From: Histomonas meleagridis 2922-C6/04-290x
Lineage: Eukaryota > Protista > Parabasalia
DNA length: 64,000 nt
NCBI GenBank assembly: GCA_020184695.1
Contig: JAANOX010000280.1
Coordinates: forward strand, 124,001 to 188,000
Direction of reading: 5' to 3'
The notes beneath the pieces were generated by a model that saw nothing but the letters and a program-made list of their open reading frames with translations, had not been told where the DNA came from and searched no databases. Positions 1 to 11,861 of the stretch are shown here, piece after piece; the first letter of the stretch is position 1; the number at the start of each line of letters is the position of its first letter. A program made the position numbers and the translations under genes.

Positions 1-3000
1 TCCCTCTTCTTCTCTTCGTTTTCTTTCTTCTTCCTCTATCTTTAATTTCTCTTCATTATCTTTCTTTAGTCTTTCTCCTTCTGAATTCAATATTTCCTCT
101 TCTTCTTTTCTAACGATTTCTTGTTCTCTCTTTGCTCTTTCTTCTTCTTCTTTAATTAGTCTTTCTTCTTCTTTCTTAAGAATCACTTCTAATTCTTGTT
201 TTTGAAGTTTTTCATCTTCTTCTTTCCTTAGTTTTTCTTCTTCCTCTCTTCTTAATAATTCATTCTCTTCTATCTTTAATAGCACATCTTTTTCTCTAAT
301 TATCATTTCTTGTTCTTCTTTATCATATTTATCTTCATCCTCTTTCTTGAATTGCTCATTTTCTTCTCTTTGTAATCTTTCCTTTTCTTCATTTTGAAGT
401 ATTTCTTCTTCATCTTTAAGCCTCCTTTCGAATTCTTCATTCCATATTTGTTCATCTTTTTCTTTCTTCAATCTTTCTTCCTCTTCTCTCTTTAATTGTT
501 CCTCTTCTTCTTTCTTTGATCTTTCTTTTTCTTCCTTAAGAAGTATTTCATCTTCTTCTTTTCGATGTTTTTCTTCTTCAGCAATTCTTAATTGATCTTC
601 TTCCTTTCTAATATTTTCTTCAACATTTCTTAATCTTTCGTCTTCTTCTCTTCTTAACTTTTCTTCTTCTTCATTTCGAATTTTTTCATCTTCATCTTTT
701 CTATTTAATATTACCTCTTCTTCTATCTTTGACCTTTCTTCTTCATCTTTCTTTAACCTTTCTTCCTCTTCTTTTCTTATTTTATCTTCTTCTTCTTTCA
801 ACTTTTCTTCTTCGTTTCTTATTCTTTCTTCTTCTATTTTACTTACTTCTTCCTTTTCTCTCTTTAATCGTTCTTCCTCTTCTTTAAGTAGATTTTCCTC
901 TTCTTCTCTAAGATGTTTTTCTTCTTTCTCTTTAATGATGTTTTCTTCCTGTTCTATTCTTATTCTTTCTTCTTCTTCTCTTCGAAGTCTCTCGTTTTCT
1001 TCTATCTTTAATCTTTCTTCTTCATCTTTCTTTACTCTTTCTTCCTCTGCAATTCTAAGTCTTTCATCAGTGTCATTCTTAAATCTTTCATTTTCTTCAT
1101 TCATTATTTGTTCTTCTTTTTCTTTTCTGTGTCTTTCTTCTTCCTCTATTTTAATTCTTTCATTTTCTTCTTTCTCTTCTCTTAATTTCTCTTCCTCATC
1201 TCTCCTATATTTCTCTTCATTTTCCTCTTTCTTAATTCGCTCTTCTTCTTCTCTTTTAATATTATCTTCAAATTCTATTCGAAGTTTTTCGTCTTCTTTT
1301 CTCATTCTTTCTTCTTCTTCTTTTCTTAATTTTTCTTCCTCTTCAACTCGAAGTTTTTCATCATTTTCAAACCTTATTCTCTCATCATCTTCACTACTTA
1401 TTTCTCCAATACCTCTACTTTGTAATTGTTGAACTTCACCACTATTTCTTTCTTCTTCCTCTTTTTGTAGTCTTCCTTCTTCTTCTTTTCTTAATATTTC
1501 TTCAGTTTGTTCCTTTCTTAATCTTTCTTCTTCTGCTTGTCGAAGCATTTCTTCTTCTATTGCTTTAATAGTTTCCTCATTCTCTTTTCTATTTCTTTCT
1601 TCCTCTTCTTTCTTTAATATTTCTTCAAATCTTTCCTTTCGTAATTTATCATCTTCATCTTTACGAGTTCTTTCATCTTCTTCCATTTTAGTCGTTTCGT
1701 CATTTTCTCTTCTATTTCTTTCTTCTTCTTCTTTCCTTAATATTTCTTCCAAATTATCTTTTCTCAATTTATCTTCTTCATCTTTGCGAGCCATTTCATC
1801 TTTTTCTATTTCAGTTATTACATCACTTTCTCTTCTATTTCTTTCTTCTTCTTCTTTTCTCAATATTTTTTCCAGATTATCTTTTCTCGACTTTTCTTCT
1901 TCATCTCTATGAGTTCTCTCATCCTTATGAATTTCATGCATTGCTTCATTTTCTCGTTTGTTTCTTTCTTCTTCTTCTTTCCTTAATATTTCTTCTAAAT
2001 TTTCTTTTCTCAATTTATCCTTTTCATCTTTGCGAGTCGTCTCATCTTTTTCTATTTCAGTCATTGCTTCACTTTCTCTTTTATTTCTTTCTTCTTCTTC
2101 TTTCCTTAATATTTCTTCCATATTTTCCTTTCTTAATTTATCTTCTTCATCTTTGCGAGTCATCTCATCCTTTTCTATTTCAGTTATTGCATCATTTTCT
2201 CTTCTGTTTCTTTCTTCTTCTTCTTTCCTTAATATTTCTTTCATATTTTCTTTTCTCAATTTATCTTCTTCATCTCTATGAGTTCTCTCATCTTTTTCTA
2301 TTTCAGTCATTGCTTCACTTTCTCTTCTCTTTCGTTCTTCTTCTTCTTTTGTCAATATTTCTTCCAAATTATCTTTTCTTGATTGTTCTTCTTCTTCCTT
2401 GTGAATTCTTTCTTCTTCTCGTGTTTTAAGTAATTCTTCGTCTTCTCTTCTATTTCGCTCTTCTTCTTCCTTCTTCAACCGTTCCTCTTCTTCTTTAAGT
2501 TGCTTTTCTTCTTCACCTCTACGAATTTCTTCTTTCTCTTTGATTTCATTTATGACTTCGTTTTCTCTTCTCTTTCGCTCTTCTTCTTCTTTCCTTAATA
2601 TTCCTTCCAAATTTTCTTTTCTCGATTGTTCTTCTTCATCTTTATGAGTTTTTTCTTCTTCTTTTAATTTAAGTAATTCTTCATCTTCTCTTCTCTTTCG
2701 TTCTTCTTCATCTTTTCTTAATACTTCTTCTAGTTTTTCTTTTCTTAACAGTTCTTCTTTGTTTTTATAATTTCTTTCTTCATCTTCTATTTTATGTATT
2801 TCCTCATTTTCTCTTTTGCTTCGCTCTTCTTCTTCCTTTCTTAATACTTCTTCGACTTCTTTAAGTTGTATTTCTCTTTCTTCTATCCTCAATCCTTTTT
2901 CTTCTTCTCTTCTGAGATTCTCTTCCTCTTCTCTCTTTCTTTTTTCTTCATCTTCTTTTCTAGTAAGTTCTTCTTTCTCTCTGATAAATATTTCATCTTC

Positions 3001-5457
3001 TTCTTTTCTTAATGAGTTTTCATCACTTTGATGAGTGTCCGCTTCTTCTCTTTTCAGTCTTTCAGCTTCTTCTTTTCTTAACATTTCTTCTTGTTGTTGT
3101 TTTATCTTTTCTATATATTCTTTTCTTGTTTTTTCTTCTTCCTCTTTCATGATTTTTTCCTCAGCTTCTCTTTGAAGTTTTTCATTGTTTTCTTTAAGAA
3201 GCCTTTCTCCCTCTTCTTTTCTTAACCGTTCTTCCTCTTCTTTGATTTGTTTGTCTTCAGATTCTTTAAGAAGAATCTTTTCACTTTCGAATCGAAGTCT
3301 TTCTTCTTCTCTTCGTAATCTTTCTTCTTCTTCTAGAATCAATTTTTGCCCTTCTTCTCTCCTAAGTTGTTGTTCTTCTTCCTTACGAAGTTTTTCTTCC
3401 TCTTCGATCCGAAGCCTTTCCTCTTCTTCCTTCCTTAATCGTTTTTCCTCTTCTTTATGAAGTTTTTCTTCTTCTTCCTTTCGTAGTCTTTCTGCTTCTT
3501 CTTTCCTTAATCGTTCTTCTTCTTCTTTCCTTAATCGTTCTTCTTCTTCTTTCTTCAAACTTTCGCTTTCTGATATATATTTTGAGTTTGCTTCATTGTC
3601 AGAATCTTCAAGTTCAATTGTTCTTTCTCTATATTCTGCTTCTTCTTCACTTTCCCTTTCTGATTCAGATTTTTCTTCTGACTCTTTACTTGATTCTGAT
3701 TTTTCTGATTCCTTTTCTGATTCTTTGTCTGATTCCTTTTCAGATTCTTTATCTGATTCCTTTTCTGATTCATTTTCTGATTCTTTATCTGATTCCTTTT
3801 CTGATTCTTTATCTGATTCATTTTCTGATTCTTTATCTGATTCCTTTTCTGATTCTGACTTTTCTGATTCCTTTTCGGATTCTTTATCTGATTCCTTTTC
3901 GGATTCTTTATCTGATTCCTTTTCTGATTCTTTATCTAATTCCTTTTCTGATTCTTTATCTAATTCCTTTTCAGATTCTTTATCTGATTCATTTTCTGCT
4001 TCTTTATCTGATTCATTTTCTGATTCTTTATCTGATTCCTTTTCTGATTCTTTATCTGATTCCTTTTCTGATTCTGAGTTTTCTGGTTCTGACTTTTCTG
4101 ATTCCTTTTCGGATTCTTTATCTAATTCCTTTTCAGATTCTTTATCTGATTCATTTTCTGATTCTTTATCTGATTCATTTTCTGATTCTTTATCTGATTC
4201 CTTTTCTGATTCTTTATCTGATTCCTTTTCTGATTCTGACTTTTCTGGTTCTGACTTTTCTGATTCCTTTTCGGATTCTTTGTCTGATTCCTTTTCAGAT
4301 TTTGATTCCTTTTCAGATTCCTCTTTATTTATCGCTTCGTTATTATTACTTGATTCTTTGTTATCAGATTCTGAAATTTCGATATTTCTTTCAAGAGTTT
4401 CTTCTGCTTCCATATTTTTCTCTGTTTTTTCTTCATCAGATTTATTTTCGCTTTTATTCTTTCTTTCCTTTTTTCCCTTTCTTTTTCTCTTTGTGCTTTT
4501 ATTATCAACTGAATAATTGCTTGCCAAATCATCCCCAAGAATATCAATTTCATTATCAATTTTTTCTGATTTTTTATTCTTAATTCTCTTTTTCTTGATT
4601 TTCTTTTTACTTCTAGTTGATGCATTTTCACTCATTGTTTCATTTTCGTCTTTAGAATATGATTTATTATTTGGTTCTTCAACCAATTTACTTTGTTCAA
4701 CTTCTTCATTGTTTGAAGGTTCTTTAGCTTTTTTCTTCCGATGTTTTTTCTTTTTCTCAACATCAGCTGATGTAGTACTTAATTCATCATCTTGTTGTTC
4801 TTCGGTATGTTTTTTATGTTTTCTCTTTTTACTTTGTGAAGATCCATCAACACTTACTTCATCTGCATTTTGTTTGCTATGGTGTTTTCTTCTTTTGTTA
4901 TGCTTTGATTGTGTTTCAATAGGAATTGAGAATGAACTTTCAGATGTCATTTCTGTGACATCCCATTGATCAAGACTTACTCTTTTGTTCTCAACATCAC
5001 CGATAAAAGAAACATCATTTGTATCAACATTAAGGAATTCTTCGGATCCTTTGGGGATAACTCTGTATGATACAAATAAAACAGGGGCGTGGGAATGTGC
5101 GGTTTCCATTTCAGAACTTTCGTTAATAACTTCTAACGTGCTGAATGCTTTGGAAACATCAATAGATAAGCTGCCGAAGATTTTGCTTGCCTTTTTTGTT
5201 TTACGAAAACAAATCAATTTAACTTTTTTGGGGCGAAATGAACCATCTGCTCTAGATTGAAAAATTGTACATTTTGTTTCGAAGTTTGAATTAAATAATA
5301 TTTGGTTATTTTCATCAAGTGGAAATGTATCCGTTTTTCCAGATGATGATCCACGAGTCCATTCAACATAAAATTGACCATCATACGATCTTTGTGTCTC
5401 GATTTTTTTGATAGTAAAGCATAAAATAGAATTTAATTTTCGCCATTTTCCCCACAT
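1..5457 (-). CDS. Giant protein (>1819 aa, 3'-partial): N-terminal NT-C2 (EEIG1/EHBP1-type)-like domain followed by Lys/Glu/Ser repeats and a very long Glu/Lys/Arg charged helical region
   Basis: ATG at 5457 gives [102 protein letters not shown], an NT-C2-like pattern. The same frame reads ...[20 protein letters not shown] at base 1. All Ser/Phe-rich plus-strand shadow ORFs (935, 1958, 2816, 3185, 3596, 4517, 4985) share one phase, which fits a single unbroken frame. It is missing from the ORF track because there is no stop inside the window. Confidence 0.85.
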   Translation of the reverse strand, partial: MWGKWRKLNSILCFTIKKIETQRSYDGQFYVEWTRGSSSGKTDTFPLDENNQILFNSNFETKCTIFQSRADGSFRPKKVKLICFRKTKKASKIFGSLSIDVSKAFSTLEVINESSEMETAHSHAPVLFVSYRVIPKGSEEFLNVDTNDVSFIGDVENKRVSLDQWDVTEMTSESSFSIPIETQSKHNKRRKHHSKQNADEVSVDGSSQSKKRKHKKHTEEQQDDELSTTSADVEKKKKHRKKKAKEPSNNEEVEQSKLVEEPNNKSYSKDENETMSENASTRSKKKIKKKRIKNKKSEKIDNEIDILGDDLASNYSVDNKSTKRKRKGKKERKNKSENKSDEEKTEKNMEAEETLERNIEISESDNKESSNNNEAINKEESEKESKSEKESDKESEKESEKSEPEKSESEKESDKESEKESDKESENESDKESENESDKESEKELDKESEKESEKSEPENSESEKESDKESEKESDKESENESDKEAENESDKESEKELDKESEKELDKESEKESDKESEKESDKESEKESEKSESEKESDKESENESDKESEKESDKESENESEKESDKESEKESDKESEKESEKSESSKESEEKSESERESEEEAEYRERTIELEDSDNEANSKYISESESLKKEEEERLRKEEEERLRKEEAERLRKEEEEKLHKEEEKRLRKEEEERLRIEEEEKLRKEEEQQLRREEGQKLILEEEERLRREEERLRFESEKILLKESEDKQIKEEEERLRKEEGERLLKENNEKLQREAEEKIMKEEEEKTRKEYIEKIKQQQEEMLRKEEAERLKREEADTHQSDENSLRKEEDEIFIREKEELTRKEDEEKRKREEEENLRREEEKGLRIEEREIQLKEVEEVLRKEEEERSKRENEEIHKIEDEERNYKNKEELLRKEKLEEVLRKDEEERKRREDEELLKLKEEEKTHKDEEEQSRKENLEGILRKEEEERKRRENEVINEIKEKEEIRRGEEEKQLKEEEERLKKEEEERNRREDEELLKTREEERIHKEEEEQSRKDNLEEILTKEEEERKRRESEAMTEIEKDERTHRDEEDKLRKENMKEILRKEEEERNRRENDAITEIEKDEMTRKDEEDKLRKENMEEILRKEEEERNKRESEAMTEIEKDETTRKDEKDKLRKENLEEILRKEEEERNKRENEAMHEIHKDERTHRDEEEKSRKDNLEKILRKEEEERNRRESDVITEIEKDEMARKDEEDKLRKDNLEEILRKEEEERNRRENDETTKMEEDERTRKDEDDKLRKERFEEILKKEEEERNRKENEETIKAIEEEMLRQAEEERLRKEQTEEILRKEEEGRLQKEEEERNSGEVQQLQSRGIGEISSEDDERIRFENDEKLRVEEEEKLRKEEEERMRKEDEKLRIEFEDNIKREEEERIKKEENEEKYRRDEEEKLREEKEENERIKIEEEERHRKEKEEQIMNEENERFKNDTDERLRIAEEERVKKDEEERLKIEENERLRREEEERIRIEQEENIIKEKEEKHLREEEENLLKEEEERLKREKEEVSKIEEERIRNEEEKLKEEEDKIRKEEEERLKKDEEERSKIEEEVILNRKDEDEKIRNEEEEKLRREEDERLRNVEENIRKEEDQLRIAEEEKHRKEEDEILLKEEKERSKKEEEEQLKREEEERLKKEKDEQIWNEEFERRLKDEEEILQNEEKERLQREENEQFKKEDEDKYDKEEQEMIIREKDVLLKIEENELLRREEEEKLRKEEDEKLQKQELEVILKKEEERLIKEEEERAKREQEIVRKEEEEILNSEGERLKKDNEEKLKIEEEERKRREEEG
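1441..2720 (-). repeat. Coding tandem repeat, 123-nt (41-aa) period, roughly 8-10 degenerate units
   Basis: The motif (aa)tatttcttc recurs at 1495, 1618, 1741, 1864, 1987, 2110, 2233 and 2356 (exact 123-nt spacing), and again near 2599. Confidence 0.8.
3690..4320 (-). repeat. Coding 12-nt minisatellite encoding (K/N)ES(E/D) tetrapeptides
   Basis: Plus strand tctgattccttt / tctgattcttta units; in the gene frame these read [12 protein letters not shown] for about 50 units. Confidence 0.9.
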
Positions 5458-5492
5458 TTTTTCTTCTGGTCGGGGTGTTTAGGATCCGTGTT

Positions 5493-5500
5493 AAACGGTT
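5493..5500 (-). promoter_or_regulatory. Trichomonad M3 (Myb-type) core promoter motif candidate
   Basis: AACCGTTT on the minus strand, ~36 nt upstream of the ATG at 5457; matches the M3 consensus DRCSGTTD known from Trichomonas vaginalis. Confidence 0.4.
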
Positions 5501-7196
5501 ATTTTTCAAAAACAAATTTCACTTTTTGAGCAATTAAACAATCAAAAGAAGTCAAATAAAAAAAAGCTCCCAAAATCGATACATTTTTATTATTGGAAAT
5601 AAATATTTTATCCTTAAAATACTATGTGTGTTATCGCTTTTAATGAGCCTCTATATGCACATCTATTATGATTGAAAAATTCATATTTTCTGCGTTTTTT
5701 CAACAAAATTTTGTTGACATCAAATGTGAATTGAAATTGAATCAAAATTATGTAAAGCTTTTAAAAATTGTTTTTTCAGAGTTTAAAATTTGCCATTTTC
5801 CATTGGGTTGGACTCATTCAAAAGATATAATAAATCTAATTGAACAAATTACAAAAAATTATAATGCATAACTAAAATCAAAAAATTTGTGGAAATTGGT
5901 TTCCTCAGTATGTTTTTTTTAATTTTGATTATAGGACATATGTATTTTATGAAATTAAAACCTTGTATCTTAGTGTCTGTAAGTTACCAAAACCCTATGT
6001 TTTAAAATTTTAAGTTCGAAAGATTTGGCATTATGTTTAATGTCATTTTGATATTTGTTATTTTGTACATTTTTTGGTATTTTCATTATTTTTATTATGC
6101 CTTTTTTTGTTCTTTTTAGACTTTTTTGAATCTTTTGATAATGACAAATTTGGAATATCTTGTTACACATTGTGTAATATTCCAAGAGTTTATCATTGTG
6201 ATAATGGATGAAATGGCATACAAGGTGCTTGATCTAATTGATTTAAAATGTTCGGAATTTAACCTAGCTGTTATTATTTTGCTTCTTCTCATCTTATCTA
6301 TAATAGTTCATTTACATATAAATTCCTAAGATAAATATCTCCTAAACGCAACATTTAAATCCGCTATACCAGAGAAACTAACTTTATTCTTGTCTGCAAA
6401 ATATTCTGTAAATAATTGTCCATCAGGTTGATTTGTTTTTTCACAATTGGAATCAATCGATTCGTAAGTCTTTCTTGATTTACGTCAATAAACTTTTTAG
6501 GAGTTGTATTTCTTTTAACATTATAAGTTTTAAATTCCTTTTTTATATTCTTAGTCATGATTTTTTTCTTTTATATTTAATGAACGAAAGGAATGTGGAA
6601 GCGTTTTAAATATTTCGAACAAGGGAACATAATTTGGTTGTAAAACATATTAAGGTTTCTAAAAACTTTTGGTATCGAAGTGCCACAAATGGAAAAAGTT
6701 GCCTCTAATAGATATAAGAGGAAAATATGAAAAAAAATTATAAGTCAGGAAATATACAATCATCGATTAGAATTTCTCATCTTCCTTGGATCGACCCCCA
6801 TAATAAAGATATTGATCTGAGTTAAGCAACAAGAAAGATTTAAGGGAACATTTATGAGAAATGTGCAAAACTAAAATAACAGGAATAGATAAATCTGATA
6901 TATTCGATAAGGGTACTAGAAAATATTTTCAAAATATTTTGTATAATAGGATAAAAATTGTGTATAACTCAATTAACATAAAAATTCTAAAGAAGTACTA
7001 TAAAAAGATAAAAAAAAATAATACGAAATAGAGTGAAATTTATTATGAATACCTTACATGAAAAAGTTTTACTAAAAGTATCTAATATATATAACATAAA
7101 TCGAGGAAAGCTTGAAACTTACCTCACCTTAAATGATTCGAAACTCAATCTCGATAAAAACAAAAAAATTAATTTTAATAACATTTTATAAACAAA

Positions 7197-8138
7197 TTAC
7201 ATTTTAAGATGTATTTCTCTTGATTTCTGAGGCATTTTTTCATATGCTTTGTCAATCTCAGATTGTGGATCCATACGTATTGTTGAACGCCTTGAATTTG
7301 TATTATCGAAAAGGAGATCTCTTAAAATCGCATGTTGAGCTGTGTTTTTCATTTTTTTTCTTTTAGATCCGATTTCTGAACTAATATTTACTTCACGACG
7401 ACGAACTGCATTAATTTGATTTTCATAATCTTTTTCAATTTCTTTTCGCCGTGTATTTATCCATTGAAGCATATTTTCTTCAGCTATTTTATGCTTTCGA
7501 AGAACCTGTGCACGAACAATTTCCCAATGCCGAAGAGCTTGATTATAAGCTTCTTCTTGCTCTAGTTTTTCAGATTTTTCACATATTTTTGATAATGCTT
7601 TTGCTTCATCAAATCTTCTTTGGTAAATGAGATTCCTTTCTTGACGATATTGTTCTAGTAAACGTGGTGATCGTCTGCGAAACTTAGGTGGAGTTTCTAT
7701 TGGCTTCTCTTTGTCAAGTTTTTCAAGTTCTTTGCGATGACGCAATTTCATAAAATCAAAACGTTCTTGTGCATTTCTGTCAAATTGTTGGAGTCGGTCA
7801 TTGGCTTCTTCATTAAGTTCTTTGGTGTAAATTTGGGTCTCAGATAACTTGTTTTTTAATGTTGAAATAGCAGTTTGACATTTCTGATTATATAATGTTC
7901 TTTTAGCATTTCTTGAAAAAAAATCTATTTGAGCTTGCTCTTCTTCAGCTTTCTTGAATTTGTGTAGAGTTAAATTTTTGTCGTTTTGATTATTTAAAAT
8001 TGTGATATAATTACTTACATCTTGGAGAGAACTAACAGACATTTTATTTTCACTTGCATTTTGATATAGAAACGGTGGTTCTTCAATTGTGGAACTTAAA
8101 TCATCATATGATGTTTCATATGAATCTCCAGTTTCCAT
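7197..8138 (-). CDS. Hypothetical coiled-coil protein (313 aa)
   Basis: Intact ATG-to-TAA ORF with charged helical composition (RRRSPRLLEQYRQERNLIYQRRFDEAKAL...). No catalytic motif recognised. Confidence 0.75.
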   Translation of the reverse strand: METGDSYETSYDDLSSTIEEPPFLYQNASENKMSVSSLQDVSNYITILNNQNDKNLTLHKFKKAEEEQAQIDFFSRNAKRTLYNQKCQTAISTLKNKLSETQIYTKELNEEANDRLQQFDRNAQERFDFMKLRHRKELEKLDKEKPIETPPKFRRRSPRLLEQYRQERNLIYQRRFDEAKALSKICEKSEKLEQEEAYNQALRHWEIVRAQVLRKHKIAEENMLQWINTRRKEIEKDYENQINAVRRREVNISSEIGSKRKKMKNTAQHAILRDLLFDNTNSRRSTIRMDPQSEIDKAYEKMPQKSREIHLKM

Positions 8139-8583
8139 AATAACGTTTTTAGATGTTCATAACTAACGTAAGAAATAGGGGGGTCCAAAAATGAATCTTC
8201 AATGTATTCATGGAAGAATTGATTAACATTAGCTTAGCAAACAGGAAATCTTTTCACTAAAAGGAAAGAAAAATAAAATTAATCTTACATTTTATTTTTG
8301 ATTATCTTCCACAACAAACAAATGTTTGAGAGATAATGAATATTGGATCCATATGGATCCAGATTTAACAAGGATTATGAAAACTGAAGTAATTTCATGG
8401 TAAATTCAAGCATTTGATAAAATCTTTTTTTTTTTAAATATATAAATTGTATATTTTTCAACAATAAAAAACGTTACACTACGTTTGGTGTTTTTATTTT
8501 CACGAAACACCTTTTATTTTGAGGACATAAGAATTTTCTTTTATAACCGTCTATTACATAAAAGTGGCATCAAATAGGGAGGA

Positions 8584-11500
8584 ATGTTGTTTATTACTAT
8601 TTTCACCTTTGCCTTCTCTACAGAAGATCCTGAAAGGACAATGGTTGCTCTAGGTAATTGGAGTGATTCATCACCTTATGATGAAACTATCCTATTTTTT
8701 GAACATCTTATGCCAGAAGCCATTCCTACTGTTCAACAAACTCTTGCCAATCTCGAAGAAACAAACATTCTCACCATTACAGATGCACTTCGTGATGTTG
8801 TTCCACATTATATGCTTGGACTTCTTAAGCTTTCACTTTCTTTTCGATATTTCCATCCGAAGGCAGCCATTCTTAATCCAATTCCTGATTCTAGACCCAT
8901 TATCCGTGGCTGGTCAGCCAATCTCGATCAACCAATCAACAATTTTGATTCAAATGATTTTCAATATAAATTTGTTTCCGAAATGTTTTCATTTTCTGAC
9001 CAAAGTGATCGTATTAGAAAAGCTCGTGAAATCATACATAGTCCAGGAATTCATTTTCCTACTGTTTCACGATCATTTGTTAATCCTGAAGTTCGAGCTG
9101 AATATGATAAAAATGATTTTGAACAACTTCCACAACTCTCCATAATCAATGGACGTTCTGTCGGTAATAATGAGCAAGAAATCTTAGACACATTAATTGA
9201 TGAAATGCAATCCATCCAAATTCTTCGAAGTCTTGATTATGATTTCAAAACATATTCACAGATACAATATTCCAAACCATATCGAAAAGTATATGAATTC
9301 ATTCCGCTTATTCCCGATATCACAACTCGTATCTTAGAATATCATGATTTATTTAATATCCGTATTCGATGGGGAAATGTTTATAATCTTAACGCGATAA
9401 ATCCAATAGATTTTCTACGTCATGCGCAAACATTACTTCGTATCCAAGTATTCCTTACATTAGATTCACATGAGACAGTACCAATAATTGATAAAATGCT
9501 TGAATATTCTAAATTCGAGAATCCATTTGGATTTGAAGTATTTCTTATTGGAGATTTAAATAACTCAACAGAAAAGAATATAATGTATGCATATTATAAC
9601 ACACTATTAACACTTGGTCCACGTACAGCATGTGAATTTTTGATGAAAGGAATTTTATCACAAAAATTCGAATCTGCATATTCTAAAACGAATCCTGAAA
9701 TTAAATGGAAGAATCTTAACTCATTAATGAACTTAAGTAATGCACATGAATTAATACAGAAATGTGAAGAATTTATAAACAAATATGAAATTAAAAAGAC
9801 CACTGTCATAATAAATGGTCAAGTTATACGCGAAAATCCAATTTTTGTAGAACTTGAAACAGCAATACTTGAACATGCAAAACGTATGCAAGATTATGCT
9901 AAAGATGCAATGATTAATAATGAAACAAACATTGAAGAATTCTTACATGATAATGGTATTCCATTAGAGACAATTAATTCGCCACTTCAAATTGATTTCC
10001 ATAATATGATTTCACTTGATGGAATTCCAATACAACAAATTTTAGATTATATTAATTCAATGTTAAAAGAAAAACCTGTTTTTATATCAGATGATAAAGC
10101 TGAAAATCGAATTCCTGTTTTTTATGTTGATTCTGAGCCACCTGAATCTTATTTAAGTTCATCACATTTTGAAGTAAGGAAAATTAATTCACAAAACATA
10201 AAACTAATACGTTATGGTAAAACTATTGTAGGTCCATTAGTATTTGATCATCCATTAGATTCATCAGAATTAAGTTATGCATTATATTATGTCATGCTTG
10301 GGTTTAGAGAAAACGTACCTAAGTTAACAATTCAACAATTATTTTATGTTCTTATGTGGCGTTCTACACAAGCATTAAATGGAATTACACGTTCTGGACC
10401 ACCAGATGTAAATACGCCATTAATTATTAATGTTGAAAAACAATCGCCACTTGAATGGGCTATAGTTATGAGTCCATTTTCGAATGGATTTCAATCCACT
10501 GTAGAAATGATGATGCAACTTATTGATAATAATATTGCGAATGTTAAATTCTTACCAGTAATTTCTAAGTTCCCATTTCAAATCCAAAATTATCCACATT
10601 TACAACAATGTTATATCCCTGTAACATTTACAGATGGAATTATCTTTTCATCGAAATATGAACTAAGTACAGCAAATGTTAACTTCCCATCAAATTGGGC
10701 ATATTTCCATAATGAAAATGAAGTAATTATCACTGGTATTGCTACATATCTATTTTCATATGGATCGAAAATAGTACAAATTGGTTGGGATCGACGTAGT
10801 CCTATTAAGAATGGACTTTTTGTACCAGTATTACCAATAGGTAAATATGCGACCAGAGGATTAATTGAGAAAGAATTTAGTAATGATTTTTTAGTTGCTA
10901 AAACACGCTTTGTAACACCAAGTTATGAAGAAATCAAATTTAAGACTGATAACAAGTTTAATATATTTTCATTTGCTTCAGGTCCACCATATGAAAATCA
11001 AACGCGTATGATGTTATATACACTTATCCATAATACGACACAAGAAGTACGATTTTGGATGTTCGGATCATTTAGAAAAGGTAACCCACCAAACATCGAA
11101 ACAATTAACTTACCAATGATATGGCCACGATACATGACACGTCCTCATGACGTATTGTTTTATTACAAAGCTTCAAAATTCGGTGTCATTGACTTGCTAT
11201 TTCCATCTGATATTGATCATGTAATGTTTGCTGATCAAGGAACTATATTCAGAGGAAACGTATCAGTATTTACCAAACTTGATCTTGAAGATTGTTGTGT
11301 TGCTGCACCAATGATATCTTCATCACGAGCAAGAAACCTTTATTGGAATAACCAAATATTTGTCGAAAGAAGATTTAAACGACCTTATCATTCGACTGCA
11401 ATATTTTGGATAAGTCTATTTAAATGGAGAGAAGTTGGTGGCGGTGATTTATATAGAGATTTATATGAGAAATATATAAGGAATTTACAAGCTTTGATAT

Positions 11501-11703
11501 CTATCGACGACGAATTGTTTAATATACTTCAAATGAAGTTACAAATAATGACGTTGCCTGAGACAACAGCATTTTGTTCGATGCATAATGATCAAAGAAA
11601 TGTACAAAAGGCTTTAGCTTTAATGATGTGTGAAGCTGATTCTTTTAAATATTTGGGAAGAGAATATTATCAAATATTACAAGATGCTTATCAAGAATTA
11701 TAA
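8584..11703 (+). CDS. UGGT: UDP-glucose:glycoprotein glucosyltransferase (UGGT/GT24)-like ER protein, divergent (1039 aa)
   Basis: N-terminal signal-like peptide. The C-terminal domain FNIFSFASGPPYENQTRMM...WPRYM...IDLLFPSDIDHVMFADQG...PYHSTAIFWISLFKWREVGGGDLYR...IDDELFN aligns with UGGT GT24 (INIFSVASGHLYER...WPRWL...LDVLFP...FVDADQ...YHISALYVVDL...AGDRLR...LDQDLPN). C-terminal QEL resembles an ER-retrieval signal. Confidence 0.8.
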   Translation: MLFITIFTFAFSTEDPERTMVALGNWSDSSPYDETILFFEHLMPEAIPTVQQTLANLEETNILTITDALRDVVPHYMLGLLKLSLSFRYFHPKAAILNPIPDSRPIIRGWSANLDQPINNFDSNDFQYKFVSEMFSFSDQSDRIRKAREIIHSPGIHFPTVSRSFVNPEVRAEYDKNDFEQLPQLSIINGRSVGNNEQEILDTLIDEMQSIQILRSLDYDFKTYSQIQYSKPYRKVYEFIPLIPDITTRILEYHDLFNIRIRWGNVYNLNAINPIDFLRHAQTLLRIQVFLTLDSHETVPIIDKMLEYSKFENPFGFEVFLIGDLNNSTEKNIMYAYYNTLLTLGPRTACEFLMKGILSQKFESAYSKTNPEIKWKNLNSLMNLSNAHELIQKCEEFINKYEIKKTTVIINGQVIRENPIFVELETAILEHAKRMQDYAKDAMINNETNIEEFLHDNGIPLETINSPLQIDFHNMISLDGIPIQQILDYINSMLKEKPVFISDDKAENRIPVFYVDSEPPESYLSSSHFEVRKINSQNIKLIRYGKTIVGPLVFDHPLDSSELSYALYYVMLGFRENVPKLTIQQLFYVLMWRSTQALNGITRSGPPDVNTPLIINVEKQSPLEWAIVMSPFSNGFQSTVEMMMQLIDNNIANVKFLPVISKFPFQIQNYPHLQQCYIPVTFTDGIIFSSKYELSTANVNFPSNWAYFHNENEVIITGIATYLFSYGSKIVQIGWDRRSPIKNGLFVPVLPIGKYATRGLIEKEFSNDFLVAKTRFVTPSYEEIKFKTDNKFNIFSFASGPPYENQTRMMLYTLIHNTTQEVRFWMFGSFRKGNPPNIETINLPMIWPRYMTRPHDVLFYYKASKFGVIDLLFPSDIDHVMFADQGTIFRGNVSVFTKLDLEDCCVAAPMISSSRARNLYWNNQIFVERRFKRPYHSTAIFWISLFKWREVGGGDLYRDLYEKYIRNLQALISIDDELFNILQMKLQIMTLPETTAFCSMHNDQRNVQKALALMMCEADSFKYLGREYYQILQDAYQEL

Positions 11704-11861
11704 AAATATATATTTCTTTGGTTCTGTGATTTCACTAAAAAAAAGTTTGAAAACATTTTTGAGTAAAATAAACTGTGTTCATCTTTTCTGAACTTTACAT
11801 AATACAAAAGGCACTTTTGGCCATTGTGACAGAATTAATTCAAAAAGTTACTCGCGTAAAA

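Noticed and set aside
935-5260. Many Ser/Phe/Leu-rich plus-strand ORFs in the track
   Set aside because: These are antisense shadows of the Glu/Lys-rich minus-strand gene. The same applies to the minus-strand ORFs over 16110-24587 and 63308-63962.
5820-6900. Degraded transposase or zinc-finger remnants in the long intergenic region (e.g. HLVCHFIH, SKCHKWKKLP)
   Set aside because: Only short, stop-ridden fragments with no convincing motif series; cannot be supported without a search.
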